DNA of 64,000 bases from a bacterium (GTDB lineage Bacteria > SAR324 > NAC60-12): contig CBDDTI010000745.1 in NCBI GenBank assembly GCA_965233585.1, forward strand, positions 288,001 to 352,000, in the 5' to 3' direction. Both the position numbers and the translations under genes were made by a program. This document shows, piece after piece, positions 41,045 through 50,559 of this stretch (positions within the stretch are counted from its first letter, which is position 1; each line of letters begins with the position of its first letter). The notes under the pieces were generated by a model, which worked only from the letters and a program-made list of their open reading frames with translations, searched no databases and was not told where the DNA came from.

Positions 41045-41817
41045 GGCAGTGTTCACTTGATATTGGCATTGCATGTGAGAGTGAATTTGAGGAGTGGAAA
41101 TGAGAAGTTGTCATCATTGTAGGAGTCAGACTTATATCAAGAATGGAAGTTACAAAGGGGTTCAGAGGTATCGTTGCAAGTCATGTCAGAGAGCATTCAC
41201 CTCAAATGGTTTGAGAATCCCACTAGAGACAAAGCGTCAAGCCTTAGAGATGTATGTCAATAGTGTAGGCATCAGAAAGATCGCTCGTTTTTTGCAGGTG
41301 TCTCCCGCTTCAATTGTCAACTGGATCAAAAAAGCTAGAGTGTCTCAACTTCCAAAAGACGCACCAAGTTTCCATGCACAAGTAGATAGTATAGAGATGG
41401 ATGAGATCTACACTTTTGTTCAAAAAAAAGCCAAAGAGTAGCTGTTTGGACAGCCTATTCTCGTCAAGAACAATGTGTGATTGCCTTTGTGATAGGCAAA
41501 GGATTAGCAGCAGCAAAGCAGCTGTATGGACTAGTCAAAGCACAACGAGCTAGAATTGAAACGATTTATACAGATGCCAACTCATGCTATCAAGTGGCAT
41601 TTGCACAACTCCAAATTCCACAAAAGCATCAGATAGGCAAGGACAACACTCATCTCATTGAATCTTCTAATTCTTCCATCAGAGATAACCTAGCTCGCTT
41701 GATGAGAAAATCTAAACGACATTCCAAAACTTTTGACATGCTGGAACACTCTCTACAACTCTTCTTTGACTATAAAAGGTTTGAAAAATATCATGACAAT
41801 ACCAAGTGAACACTGCC
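41045..41817 (+). mobile_element. IS1-family insertion sequence, copy 3 (773 bp, apparently intact)
   Basis: IRs GGCAGTGTTCACTTG; InsA 41094..41441; A8G slippery site; InsB frame to 41809. Confidence 0.93.
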
Positions 41818-41969
41818 TCTTGTCAGAGGGGAATTGAAACACTTTGCCTTTCGTCATTGCCACCTTGAGTGAGCAATCTCCTCTTTTCAGATTTCTCTCT
41901 TTTTTTATTTTTCCATTTTGTCTTTAAATTTGTTATGATTCTGGTTTTGACATTCTCACTTATCGGCTG

Positions 41970-42698
41970 ATGGAAACCGCATTACTTTTTGACACACTCA
42001 AGACTTCCAAACACTTGCAAGCTGCAGGCTTTGAACAAGAGCAAGCAGAGGCATTGACAGAAGAATTTAAATTTGTGGTAGAAAGCAACTTTGCGAAACT
42101 TTCTACCAAAGAGCAAGTTTCTGGTTTAGAGACAAGCCTTAATGAAAAACTGGAGCAAAAATCCACCAAAGAGCAAGTTTCTCACTTGCAAGAACAGCTT
42201 GAGCAGAAAACCACCAAAGAGCAAGTCTCTGGTTTAGAGACAAGCCTTAATGAAAAACTGGAGCAAAAAGCGACCAAAGACCAAGTGGCTAGTTTAGAGA
42301 CCAACCTTAATGGGAAAATCTCTAGTTTAGAGGAAGAACTGAAGCAAAAAGCCACCAAAGAAGACATTCAAAGTGTCAGAGATGAACTGAAAGGAGATAT
42401 TCAAAATGTCAGGGATGAAATCAAAGACGTCAAAGATGAATTGAAAGAAGACATTCAAAATGTCAGAGATGAACTGAAAGGAGACATTCAAAATGTCAGG
42501 GATGAAATCAAAGACGTCAAAGATGAATTGAAAGAAGACATTCAAAATGTCAGAGGTGAATTGAAAGAAGACATCTATTCTTTAAAAGGAGAGCAAAAAC
42601 TCCTGAAATGGATGGTGGGTTTTGGCATTTCTTTAAATCTGGTGACGCTTGGAGTCGTATTAGCTTTTTTGTTTTCTTTTCTTCCTCCTGCCAAGTAA
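41970..42698 (+). CDS. DUF1640/CCDC90-like coiled-coil protein (242 aa)
   Basis: Conserved head; modules 20-16-20-27 plus DIQNVRDE 11/18-aa repeats; LLKWMVG anchor. Confidence 0.87.
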   Translation: METALLFDTLKTSKHLQAAGFEQEQAEALTEEFKFVVESNFAKLSTKEQVSGLETSLNEKLEQKSTKEQVSHLQEQLEQKTTKEQVSGLETSLNEKLEQKATKDQVASLETNLNGKISSLEEELKQKATKEDIQSVRDELKGDIQNVRDEIKDVKDELKEDIQNVRDELKGDIQNVRDEIKDVKDELKEDIQNVRGELKEDIYSLKGEQKLLKWMVGFGISLNLVTLGVVLAFLFSFLPPAK

Positions 42699-42705
42699 AA
42701 ACCCT

Positions 42706-43000
42706 GTCATTGCTCACCTTGAGTGAGCAATCTCATTCTTCTTGGTTGAGATTCCGTGTCAAGTGCGGAATGACTAAGTTGACGTCATTGCTCATCTTGA
42801 CCTACAAGCTCTAAACAACCGTCATTGCCACCTTGAGTGAGCAATCTCATTCTTCTTGGTTGAGATTCCGCATCAAGTGCGGAATGACTACTATTGTCAT
42901 TCGGAGCGAAAGCAGGAATCTATCATCCAACTGCTGATGGATTCCGTGTCAAGCACGGAATGACTAAGTTGACGTCATTGCCACCTTGAGTGAGCAATCT
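42706..43000. repeat. Dense REP-like palindrome cluster between tandem paralogs
   Basis: At least 7 GTCATT..AATC(T) units in alternating orientation; 42821..43090 is nearly identical to 43719..43987. Confidence 0.85.
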
Positions 43001-43090
43001 CCTCTTTTCAGATTTCTCTCTTTTTTTATTTTTCCATTTTGTCTTTAAATTTGTTATGATTCTGGTTTTGACATTCTCACTTATCGGCTG

Positions 43091-43633
43091 ATGGAAACCG
43101 CATTACTTTTTGACACACTCAAGACCTCTAAACACTTGCAAGCTGCAGGCTTTGAACAAGAGCAAGCAGAGGCATTGACCGAAGAATTTAAATTTGTGGT
43201 AGAAAGCAACTTTGCAAAACTTTCTACCAAAGAGCAAGTTTCTGGTTTAGAGACAAGCCTTAATGAAAAACTGGAGCAAAAATCCACCAAAGAGCAAGTT
43301 TCTCACTTGCAAGAACAGCTTGAGCAGAAAGCCACTAAAGACCAAGTCTCTCACTTGCAAGAACAGCTTGAGCAGAAAGCCACTAAAGACCAAGTCTCTG
43401 GTTTAGAGACAAGCCTTAATGAAAAACTGGAGCAAAAAGCCACCAAAGAAGACATTCAAAATGTCAGAGATGAAATCAAAGACGTCAAAGATGAACTCAA
43501 AGAAGACATCTATTCTTTAAAAGGAGAGCAAAAACTCCTGAAATGGATGGTGGGTTTTGGCATTTCTTTAAATCTGGTGACGCTTGGAGTCGTATTAGCT
43601 TTTTTGTTTTCTTTTCTTCCTCCTGCCAAGTAA
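43091..43633 (+). CDS. DUF1640/CCDC90-like coiled-coil protein (180 aa)
   Basis: Conserved head; modules 20-16-16-20; LLKWMVG anchor. Confidence 0.87.
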   Translation: METALLFDTLKTSKHLQAAGFEQEQAEALTEEFKFVVESNFAKLSTKEQVSGLETSLNEKLEQKSTKEQVSHLQEQLEQKATKDQVSHLQEQLEQKATKDQVSGLETSLNEKLEQKATKEDIQNVRDEIKDVKDELKEDIYSLKGEQKLLKWMVGFGISLNLVTLGVVLAFLFSFLPPAK

Positions 43634-43640
43634 AAACTCT

Positions 43641-43898
43641 GTCATGGCTCACCTTGAGTGAGCAATCTCATTCTTCTTGGTTGAGATTCCGCATCAAGCA
43701 CGGAATGACTAAGTTGGCGTCATTGCCACCTTGAGTGAGCAATCTCATTCTTCTTTGTTGAGATTCCGCATCAAGTGCGGAATGACTACTATTGTCATTC
43801 GGAGCGAAAGCAGGAATCTATCATCCAACTGCTGATGGATTCCGTGTCAAGCACGGAATGACTAAGTTGACGTCATTGCCACCTTGAGTGAGCAATCT
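43641..43898. repeat. Dense REP-like palindrome cluster
   Basis: Same units and order as the 42706..43000 cluster. Confidence 0.85.
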
Positions 43899-43987
43899 CC
43901 TCTTTTCAGATTTCTCTCTTTTTTATTTTTCCATTTTGCCTTTAAATTTGTTATGATTCTGGATTTGGCATTCTCACTCATAGACTG

Positions 43988-44800
43988 ATGGAAACCGCAT
44001 TACTTTTTGACACACTCAAGACCTCTAAACACTTGCAAGCTGCAGGCTTTGAACAAGAGCAAGCAGAGGCATTGACCGAAGAATTTAAATTTGTTGTAGA
44101 AAGCAACTTTGCAAAGCTTTCTACCAAAGACCAAGTGGCTAGCTTAGAGGAGAAACTAGAGCAAAAAGCCACCAAAGAGCAGGTTGCTCACTTACAAGAA
44201 CAGCTAGAGCAAAAAGCGACCAAAGACCAAGTCTCTGGTTTAGAGACAAGCCTTAATGAAAAACTGGAGCAAAAAGCGACCAAAGACCAAGTGGCTAGTT
44301 TGGAGGAGAAACTGGAGCAAAAAGCGACCAAAGACCAAGTGGCTAGTTTAGAGACCAACCTTAATGGGAAAATCTCTAGTTTAGAGGAAGAACTGAAGCA
44401 GAAAGCGACCAAAGACCAAGTGGCTAGTTTAGAGACCAACCTTAATGGGAAAATCTCTAGTTTAGAGGAAGAACTGAAGCAGAAAGCGACCAAAGAACAA
44501 GTCTTTTACTTGCAAGAACAGCTTGAGCAAAAAGCGACCAAAGAACAGTTTGTTCACTTGCAAGAGCAGCTGGAGCAGAAAGCGACCAAAGAACAGGTTT
44601 CTAATTTAGAGACGAATCTTAATGAAAAAATGTCTCATTTGGAAACGAATCTTAATGAAAAAATGTCTCATTTGGAGACGAATGTTGACAACAAATTTAA
44701 ATTATTGTCATGGATGGTTGGTTTTGGCGTTTCTTTAAATCTGATGACACTTGGAGGCATGTTAGCCTTCTTGTTTTCTTTTCTTCCTCTTGTCAAATAA
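43988..44800 (+). CDS. DUF1640/CCDC90-like coiled-coil protein (270 aa)
   Basis: Conserved head; modules 16-16-20-16-27-27-16-16; KFKLLSWMVG anchor. Confidence 0.87.
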   Translation: METALLFDTLKTSKHLQAAGFEQEQAEALTEEFKFVVESNFAKLSTKDQVASLEEKLEQKATKEQVAHLQEQLEQKATKDQVSGLETSLNEKLEQKATKDQVASLEEKLEQKATKDQVASLETNLNGKISSLEEELKQKATKDQVASLETNLNGKISSLEEELKQKATKEQVFYLQEQLEQKATKEQFVHLQEQLEQKATKEQVSNLETNLNEKMSHLETNLNEKMSHLETNVDNKFKLLSWMVGFGVSLNLMTLGGMLAFLFSFLPLVK

Positions 44801-44815
44801 AACTCCCACATTGAA

Positions 44816-45589
44816 GGCAGTGTTCACTTGGTGTTGGCATGATATTTTTCAAGTCTTTTATAGTCAAAGAAGAGTTTGAGAGAGTGTTCCAGCATGTCCA
44901 AAGTTTTAGAATGTCGTTTAGATGTTCTCATCAAGCGAGCTAGGTTATCTCTGATGGAAGAATTAGAAGATTCAATGAGATGAGTATTTCTCTTGCCTAT
45001 TTCGTGGTTCTCTGGAATTTGTCATTGAGCAAATGCCACTTGATAGCATGAGTTGGCATCGGTATAGATTGTCTTCATTCTAGGTTGCTGTTCTTTGACT
45101 AGTGCATACAGCTTTTGGGCAGCTGCTAATCCTTTGCCTATCACAAAGGCAATCACACATGGCTCTTGAGGAGAGTCTGCTGTCCAAACAGCTACTCTTT
45201 GGCTTTTTTTTTGAACAAAAGTATAGATGTCATCCATCTCTATACTATCTACTTGTGCATGGAAACTTGCTGCTCCTTTTGGGAGTTGAGACACTCTGGC
45301 TTTTTTGATCCAGTTGAGAACAGAAGTTGGAGATACCTGCACAAAACGAGCTATCTTTCTGATGCCTACACGATTGACATACATTTCTAAGGCTTGACGC
45401 TTCGTCTCTAGTGGGATTCTCAAACCATTTGAACTGAACGACCTCCCACATGATTTGCAAACATATCTCTGCACTCCTTTGTAACTTCCATTCTTGATAT
45501 AATTCTGATTCCCACAATGATGACAATTTCTCATATTCATTCCTTAAATTCACTCTCACCTGCAATAACAACACCAAGTGAACACTGCC
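44816..45589 (-). mobile_element. IS1-family insertion sequence, copy 4 (774 bp; A9 in-frame fusion, premature stop; 9-bp TSD)
   Basis: IRs present; CACATTGAA at 44807-44815 and 45590-45598; fused ORF 45022..45540 ends early at TGA. Confidence 0.93.
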
Positions 45590-45616
45590 CACATTGAAAG
45601 GGTACACTGGTTTGTT

Positions 45617-45962
45617 GAGATTCTGTGTCAGGCACTACAATGACGGAAGGGTCATTGTGCATCTTCAAAATGGTCATTGCAGGCATTGAGTGAGCAGTTT
45701 CTCTTTTTTCCTAATTTCTTCATTTTCCTAAACGACTCTTGTTTTTTGAGATTCTGTGTCAAGTGCAGAATGACAGTCGTATAGAGATTGCGGGTCAAGG
45801 TAAGCCATGACGGTTTTCAAAGTGAGACATGACGAAAAAGCAAAGTGTTTCAATTCTCTCTGACAAGAGGAGTGTCCCAAAGGGACGGGGGTTTCAATTC
45901 CCCTCTCTTTTTTCTGTCACTTGAGTGACTCTTCTAGTCATGGAGTGCCTGACCCGCAATCT
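45617..45962. repeat. REP cluster (several degenerate GTCATT..AATCT units and one CCCCGTCCC..GGGACAC element)
   Basis: Units at about 45617, 45673, 45748, 45784 and 45937; GTTTCAATTCTCTCTGACAAGAGGAGTGTCCCAAAGGGACGGGG at about 45847. Confidence 0.7.
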
Positions 45963-45995
45963 CAAAGAAAATTAAGTTCCTTCAAGATAGAAACT

Positions 45996-46400
45996 TTATT
46001 TGGAGGCAGGAAGAAAAGAAAACAAGAAGGCTAACATGCCCCCAAGTGTCATCAGATTTAAAGAAACGCCAAAACCAACCATCCATGACAACAATTTAAA
46101 TTTGCTATCAATTTTCTCATTGAGGTTTGTCTCTAAACTAGCGACTTGTTCTTCGGTGGCTTTTTGTTCTAGCTGTTCTTGCAAATGAACAGACTGTTCT
46201 TTAGTGGCTTTTTGCTCCAGTTTTTCATTAAGGTTTATCTCTAAATTAGCGACTTGGTCTGTGGTAGAAAGTTTGGCAAAGTTGCTTTCTACCACAGATT
46301 TAAATTCTTCTGTCAATGCCTCTGCTTGCTCTTGTTCAAAGCCTGCAGCTTGCAAGTGTTTAGAAGTCTTGAGTGTGTCAAAAAGTAAAGCGGTTTCCAT
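45996..46400 (-). CDS. DUF1640/CCDC90-like coiled-coil protein (134 aa)
   Basis: Conserved head; modules 20-16; KFKLLSWMVG anchor. Confidence 0.87.
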   Translation of the reverse strand: METALLFDTLKTSKHLQAAGFEQEQAEALTEEFKSVVESNFAKLSTTDQVANLEINLNEKLEQKATKEQSVHLQEQLEQKATEEQVASLETNLNEKIDSKFKLLSWMVGFGVSLNLMTLGGMLAFLFSFLPASK

Positions 46401-46509
46401 CAGTCTATGCGTGGGAGTTTAAAACCAGAATCATAACAAATTTAAAGACAGAATGGAAAGAGAAAGGTCGTGACCACCGCGCTTGCTTGCGCAAGCCCCC
46501 TCCAATGGA

Positions 46510-47282
46510 GGCAGTGTTTAGTTGGTATTGTCATTGCATGTGAGAGTGAATTTGAGGAATGGAAATGAGAAGTTGTCATCATTGTGGGAGTCAGACTTAT
46601 ATCAAGAATGGAAGTTACAAAGGGGTTCAGAGGTATCGTTGCAAGTCATGTCAGAAAGCATTCACCTCAAATGGGTTGAGAATCCCACTAGAGACCAAGC
46701 GTCAAGCCTTAGAGATGTATGTCAATAGTGTAGGCATCAGAAAGATCGCTCGTTTTTTGCAGGTGTCTCCCGCTTCAATTGTCAACTGGATCAAAAAAGC
46801 TAGAGTGTCTCAACTTCCAAAAGACGCACCAAGTTTCCATGCACAAGTAGATAGTATAGAGATGGATGAGATCTACACTTTTGTTCAAAAAAAAGCCAAA
46901 GAGTAGCTGTTTGGACAGCCTATTCTCGTCAAGAACAATGTGTGATTGCCTTTGTGATAGGCAAAGGATTAGCAGCAGCAAAGCAGCTGTATGGACTAGT
47001 CAAAGCACAACGAGCTAGAATTGAAACGATTTATACAGATGCCAACTCATGCTATCAAGTGGCATTTGCACAACTCCAAATTCCACAAAAGCATCAGATA
47101 GGCAAGGACAACACTCATCTCATTGAATCTTCTAATTCTTCCATCAGAGATAACCTAGCTCGCTTGATGAGAAAATCTAAACGACATTCCAAAACTTTTG
47201 ACATGCTGGAACACTCTCTACAACTCTTCTTTGACTATAAAAGGTTTGAAAAATATCATGCCAATATCAAGTGAACACTGCC
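46510..47282 (+). mobile_element. IS1-family insertion sequence, copy 5 (773 bp, apparently intact)
   Basis: IRs GGCAGTGTTTAGTTG / CAAGTGAACACTGCC; InsA 46559..46906; A8G site; InsB to 47274; body nearly identical to copy 3. Confidence 0.93.
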
Positions 47283-47410
47283 CTGATAAGAGGGGTGTCC
47301 CAAAGGGACGGGGTGTTTCAATTCCCCTCTCTTTTTTCGGTCATTCCGTGCTTGATACGGAATCTATCAACAAAACCAAGCATGGATTCGGGGCTTTTGC
47401 TCCGAATGAC
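47283..47410. repeat. REP cluster
   Basis: Half CCCC..GGGG element (GAGGGGTGTCCCAAAGGGACGGGG), GTCATTCCGTGCTTGATACGGAATCT, GGATTCGGGGCTTTTGCTCCGAATGAC. Confidence 0.75.
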
Positions 47411-47600
47411 GAGAAACGCCATATATTTTTAATTGCAAAAAGATCACTCCAACAATAGGTCAAAGCATATTTTTTTGAGTTATCTATGCCAGACTCATGT
47501 TTTTTGAAAGATGTTTTTTCTTGAATTTAATGCTACAACTTTTAAGGCATGCCCTAAAAAAAATGACGCATCATTTAAAAAACTTTAAACTCTAATCACT

Positions 47601-48452
47601 ATGATTCATTTAGACCAGATTCAAATTGATAACCACCTCCCTTTGACTTTATTTGGAGGACTGAATGTTTTGGAATCCCGAGACCTTGCGATGCAAGTGG
47701 CAGAAGCCTTTTGTCAAGCGTCACAGAAACTTGGCATGCCTTATGTGTTCAAAGCCTCATTTGACAAAGCCAATCGTTCGTCTATCCATTCATTTAGAGG
47801 ACACGGCATAGACCAAGGATTGAAATGGTTACAAGAGATTAAGCAGACCTTTCACGTGCCGATCCTCACAGATATTCACGAACCTCATCAAGCAGAATCT
47901 GTTGCCACAGTTGCAGACGTTTTGCAAATTCCTGCATTTTTGTCCAGACAAACAGATTTAATCGCAGCAGCAGCGTCAACAGGCAGAATTTTAAACATCA
48001 AAAAAGCTCAATTCCTTGCACCTCAAGAGATGCGGCATATTCTGCAAAAAATCAAAGAATGTGGAGGCAGTCAAGTCATGTTATGTGAAAGAGGGAGCTG
48101 TTTTGGATACAACAATCTGGTTGTGGACATGCTGGCATTTCCCGTCTTGAAAGATTTGAATGTGCCTGTCCTTTTTGACACAACCCATGCGTTGCAGCTG
48201 CCCGGTGGTCTGTCCCAAAGTGCAGGAGGTCGCTCTGAACATGTGCTGGCTCTGGCTTCTTCTGCCGTTGCACAAGGGCTAGCAGGTCTTTTTATTGAGG
48301 CACACCCTGACCCGACCCAAGCCTTGTGCGATGGTCCTTGTGCCTTGAAACTTGATGAACTCCCTGCTTTCTTGGAACGCGTAGTGGCATTAGACCAACT
48401 TGTCAAGTCGTTCTCATCGCTTCCAAGTCTTCATCTTGCATCTATCGTTTAA
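47601..48452 (+). CDS. kdsA: KDO8P synthase
   Basis: [45 protein letters not shown]. Confidence 0.96.
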   Translation: MIHLDQIQIDNHLPLTLFGGLNVLESRDLAMQVAEAFCQASQKLGMPYVFKASFDKANRSSIHSFRGHGIDQGLKWLQEIKQTFHVPILTDIHEPHQAESVATVADVLQIPAFLSRQTDLIAAAASTGRILNIKKAQFLAPQEMRHILQKIKECGGSQVMLCERGSCFGYNNLVVDMLAFPVLKDLNVPVLFDTTHALQLPGGLSQSAGGRSEHVLALASSAVAQGLAGLFIEAHPDPTQALCDGPCALKLDELPAFLERVVALDQLVKSFSSLPSLHLASIV

Positions 48453-48511
48453 GAATGTTGTAATACTCCGTTTAACTTCTTTTCTCAAATTAACTTTTTT
48501 CTCAAATCCGA

Positions 48512-50497
48512 ATGACCCCCCTTTTATACAGCACCTGCGTCAATACTATTAAATTTTTATCTGCTGACATGGTAGAGTCTGCTGGCAGTGGACATCCTGG
48601 CGCCCCAATGGGCATGGCAGATATTGCTTTTGTCTTGTGGAGCCGATTCTTAACATACAATCCTGATGACCCTCGTTGGGTCAATCGGGACCACTTTGTG
48701 CTTTCAGCAGGTCATGCTTCTGCACTGCTTTATTCTCTTTTGCATCTTGCAGGCTATAAAATTTCTTTGGAAGATTTAAAACAATTTCGGCAATGGAAAA
48801 GCAAAACACCCGGACACCCTGAATACCACCCAGATTTAGGAATTGAATGCACAACAGGTCCTCTTGGGGCAGGGTTTGGCAATGCTGTCGGTATGGCACT
48901 TGGGGCAAAAATGCTCAAAGCTCAAATGAAGCAAGCGGAGTGGCTTAATTCTAAGGTTTATGTCTTAGCAAGTGATGGGGACATACAAGAAGGCGTGTCA
49001 GCTGAATCTGCATCGTTAGCAGGACATTGGGGATTGGATAATTTGATTGTCATTTATGACCAGAACCAAATCACCATTGGGGGCAAAATTGAACTCTCCA
49101 TGACTGAAGATGTGGGCAAACGTTTTGAATCCTACGGCTGGAAGGTCATGTCGTGTGATGGACATTGCCAAGAGGAGCTGACCGAATGCCTCAATCATGC
49201 CCAAGAAGCTGAAAGTCCAACATTGATTATTGCCAAAACAACCATTGGTCAAGGGTCTCCTAACAAAGCAGGGACTGCGGGTGTGCATGGCGCCCCATTG
49301 GGAGCAGATGAGTTAACGGCATCAAAACAACAAGCAGGCGTCAACCCTGATTTGTCCTTTCATGTTCCGCAAGAAGTCAGAGAAGTTTTTGAGCAAAGGC
49401 GTCTTGAAAATCAAAAAATTTATGAGGATTGGAAGGTGCAACATCAAGCATGGAAAGAGGCAAATCCTTCGCTTGCAAAACAGTATGACCACCATTTAAG
49501 CCTGCAGTCTCCTGATTTATTGGACAAATTAACGCAAAATCTGTCAGGTCAGTCAGGGGCAACCAGAGAATTATCAGCCCAAGCACTGCAAATCGTGGCA
49601 TCAGAAGTGCCATTTCTCACAGGAGGTTCTGCCGATTTAGAACCAAGCACTAAGACATTGATTAAGCAAGAATCTGATGTTATGCGGGGAGATTTTTCAG
49701 GACGTAATATCCGTTTTGGCATCAGAGAACATGCGATGGGGTCTATCACCAACGGGCTTTATTGTTCAGGGGCTTGGCGTCCCTACTGCTCTACTTTTCT
49801 TTCTTTTTCAGACTACATGCGGGCATCGGTGAGGCTTGCTGCCATTTCTAACATTCCTGCTATTTTTATTTTTACGCATGATTCGTTTTATGTAGGAGAA
49901 GATGGTCCTACGCACCAACCCATAGAGCAACTTTGGAGCTTACGATTGATTCCTAACCTAAACGTCTGGCGTCCTGCTGATGCAACAGAAGTCGCTGCTG
50001 CTTGGAGCTCCATTTTGGAAAACCCAAATCCTTCTGCCTTGATCCTCACTAGACAAAACACAGCTTCACTAGAGCAAAGACAAGACTTTGACATCAAAGA
50101 AATCTTTCGGGGCATGTACATTGTGTCAGACAACACAGCACAAGAAGCTACTCCAGACATGGTGTTCATCTCCACAGGTTCGGAAGGAGGAGCGGCACAA
50201 GAAGCGGCGTTGCAACTTCGTGAAAAAGGGCTTGCGATTCGGCATGTTTCTGCTCCCTGCCTTGAACTTTTTCAACAACAACCTGAAGAGTTTCAAGAGA
50301 CCCTTCTGCCTTATGATTCTTTTATTGTTGCCATTGAGGCTGGTGTGTCTTCACCTTGGCGAGATTATGCAGACTTCGTCATCGGTCGTGATGAATTTGG
50401 AGACTCTGCACCTGCCAGTGAGCTTGAAAAACAATATGGATTCACAGGCGAGTCCATTGTCAACTTGATTCTTGAGTTGATGGAACATGAAGAATAA
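48512..50497 (+). CDS. tkt: Transketolase
   Basis: SGHPG, RD.FVLSAGH, TPGHPE, TTGPLG, GIREHAM, THDS..VGEDGPTHQP. Confidence 0.97.
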   Translation: MTPLLYSTCVNTIKFLSADMVESAGSGHPGAPMGMADIAFVLWSRFLTYNPDDPRWVNRDHFVLSAGHASALLYSLLHLAGYKISLEDLKQFRQWKSKTPGHPEYHPDLGIECTTGPLGAGFGNAVGMALGAKMLKAQMKQAEWLNSKVYVLASDGDIQEGVSAESASLAGHWGLDNLIVIYDQNQITIGGKIELSMTEDVGKRFESYGWKVMSCDGHCQEELTECLNHAQEAESPTLIIAKTTIGQGSPNKAGTAGVHGAPLGADELTASKQQAGVNPDLSFHVPQEVREVFEQRRLENQKIYEDWKVQHQAWKEANPSLAKQYDHHLSLQSPDLLDKLTQNLSGQSGATRELSAQALQIVASEVPFLTGGSADLEPSTKTLIKQESDVMRGDFSGRNIRFGIREHAMGSITNGLYCSGAWRPYCSTFLSFSDYMRASVRLAAISNIPAIFIFTHDSFYVGEDGPTHQPIEQLWSLRLIPNLNVWRPADATEVAAAWSSILENPNPSALILTRQNTASLEQRQDFDIKEIFRGMYIVSDNTAQEATPDMVFISTGSEGGAAQEAALQLREKGLAIRHVSAPCLELFQQQPEEFQETLLPYDSFIVAIEAGVSSPWRDYADFVIGRDEFGDSAPASELEKQYGFTGESIVNLILELMEHEE

Positions 50498-50559
50498 AAT
50501 CTTTCAAACTTAGAAAAGCAAAGCAGTCAAACAGTCAAAAATTCTGTCAAACTTAGACA

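Noticed and set aside
41045..41074. N-terminus MQCQYQVNTA of ORF 40349..41074
   Set aside because: Derived from the IS inverted repeat; not a real start of the RM fragment.
42706..43898. Regularly recurring palindromes as a CRISPR or integron attC array
   Set aside because: Orientation alternates, spacers are repeated rather than unique, there are no GTTRRRY cores and no integrase.
45846..45906. GTTTCAATTCCCCTC / GAGGGGAATTGAAAC motifs resembling CRISPR repeat ends (also at 41826 and 47314)
   Set aside because: At most two adjacent copies, the intervening sequence is the same conserved hairpin each time rather than a unique spacer, and no cas genes are present; it is the REP family.
41970..46400. 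Diversity-generating retroelement acting on the paralogs
   Set aside because: No reverse transcriptase in the window; variation is module number and order, not adenine-specific substitution.
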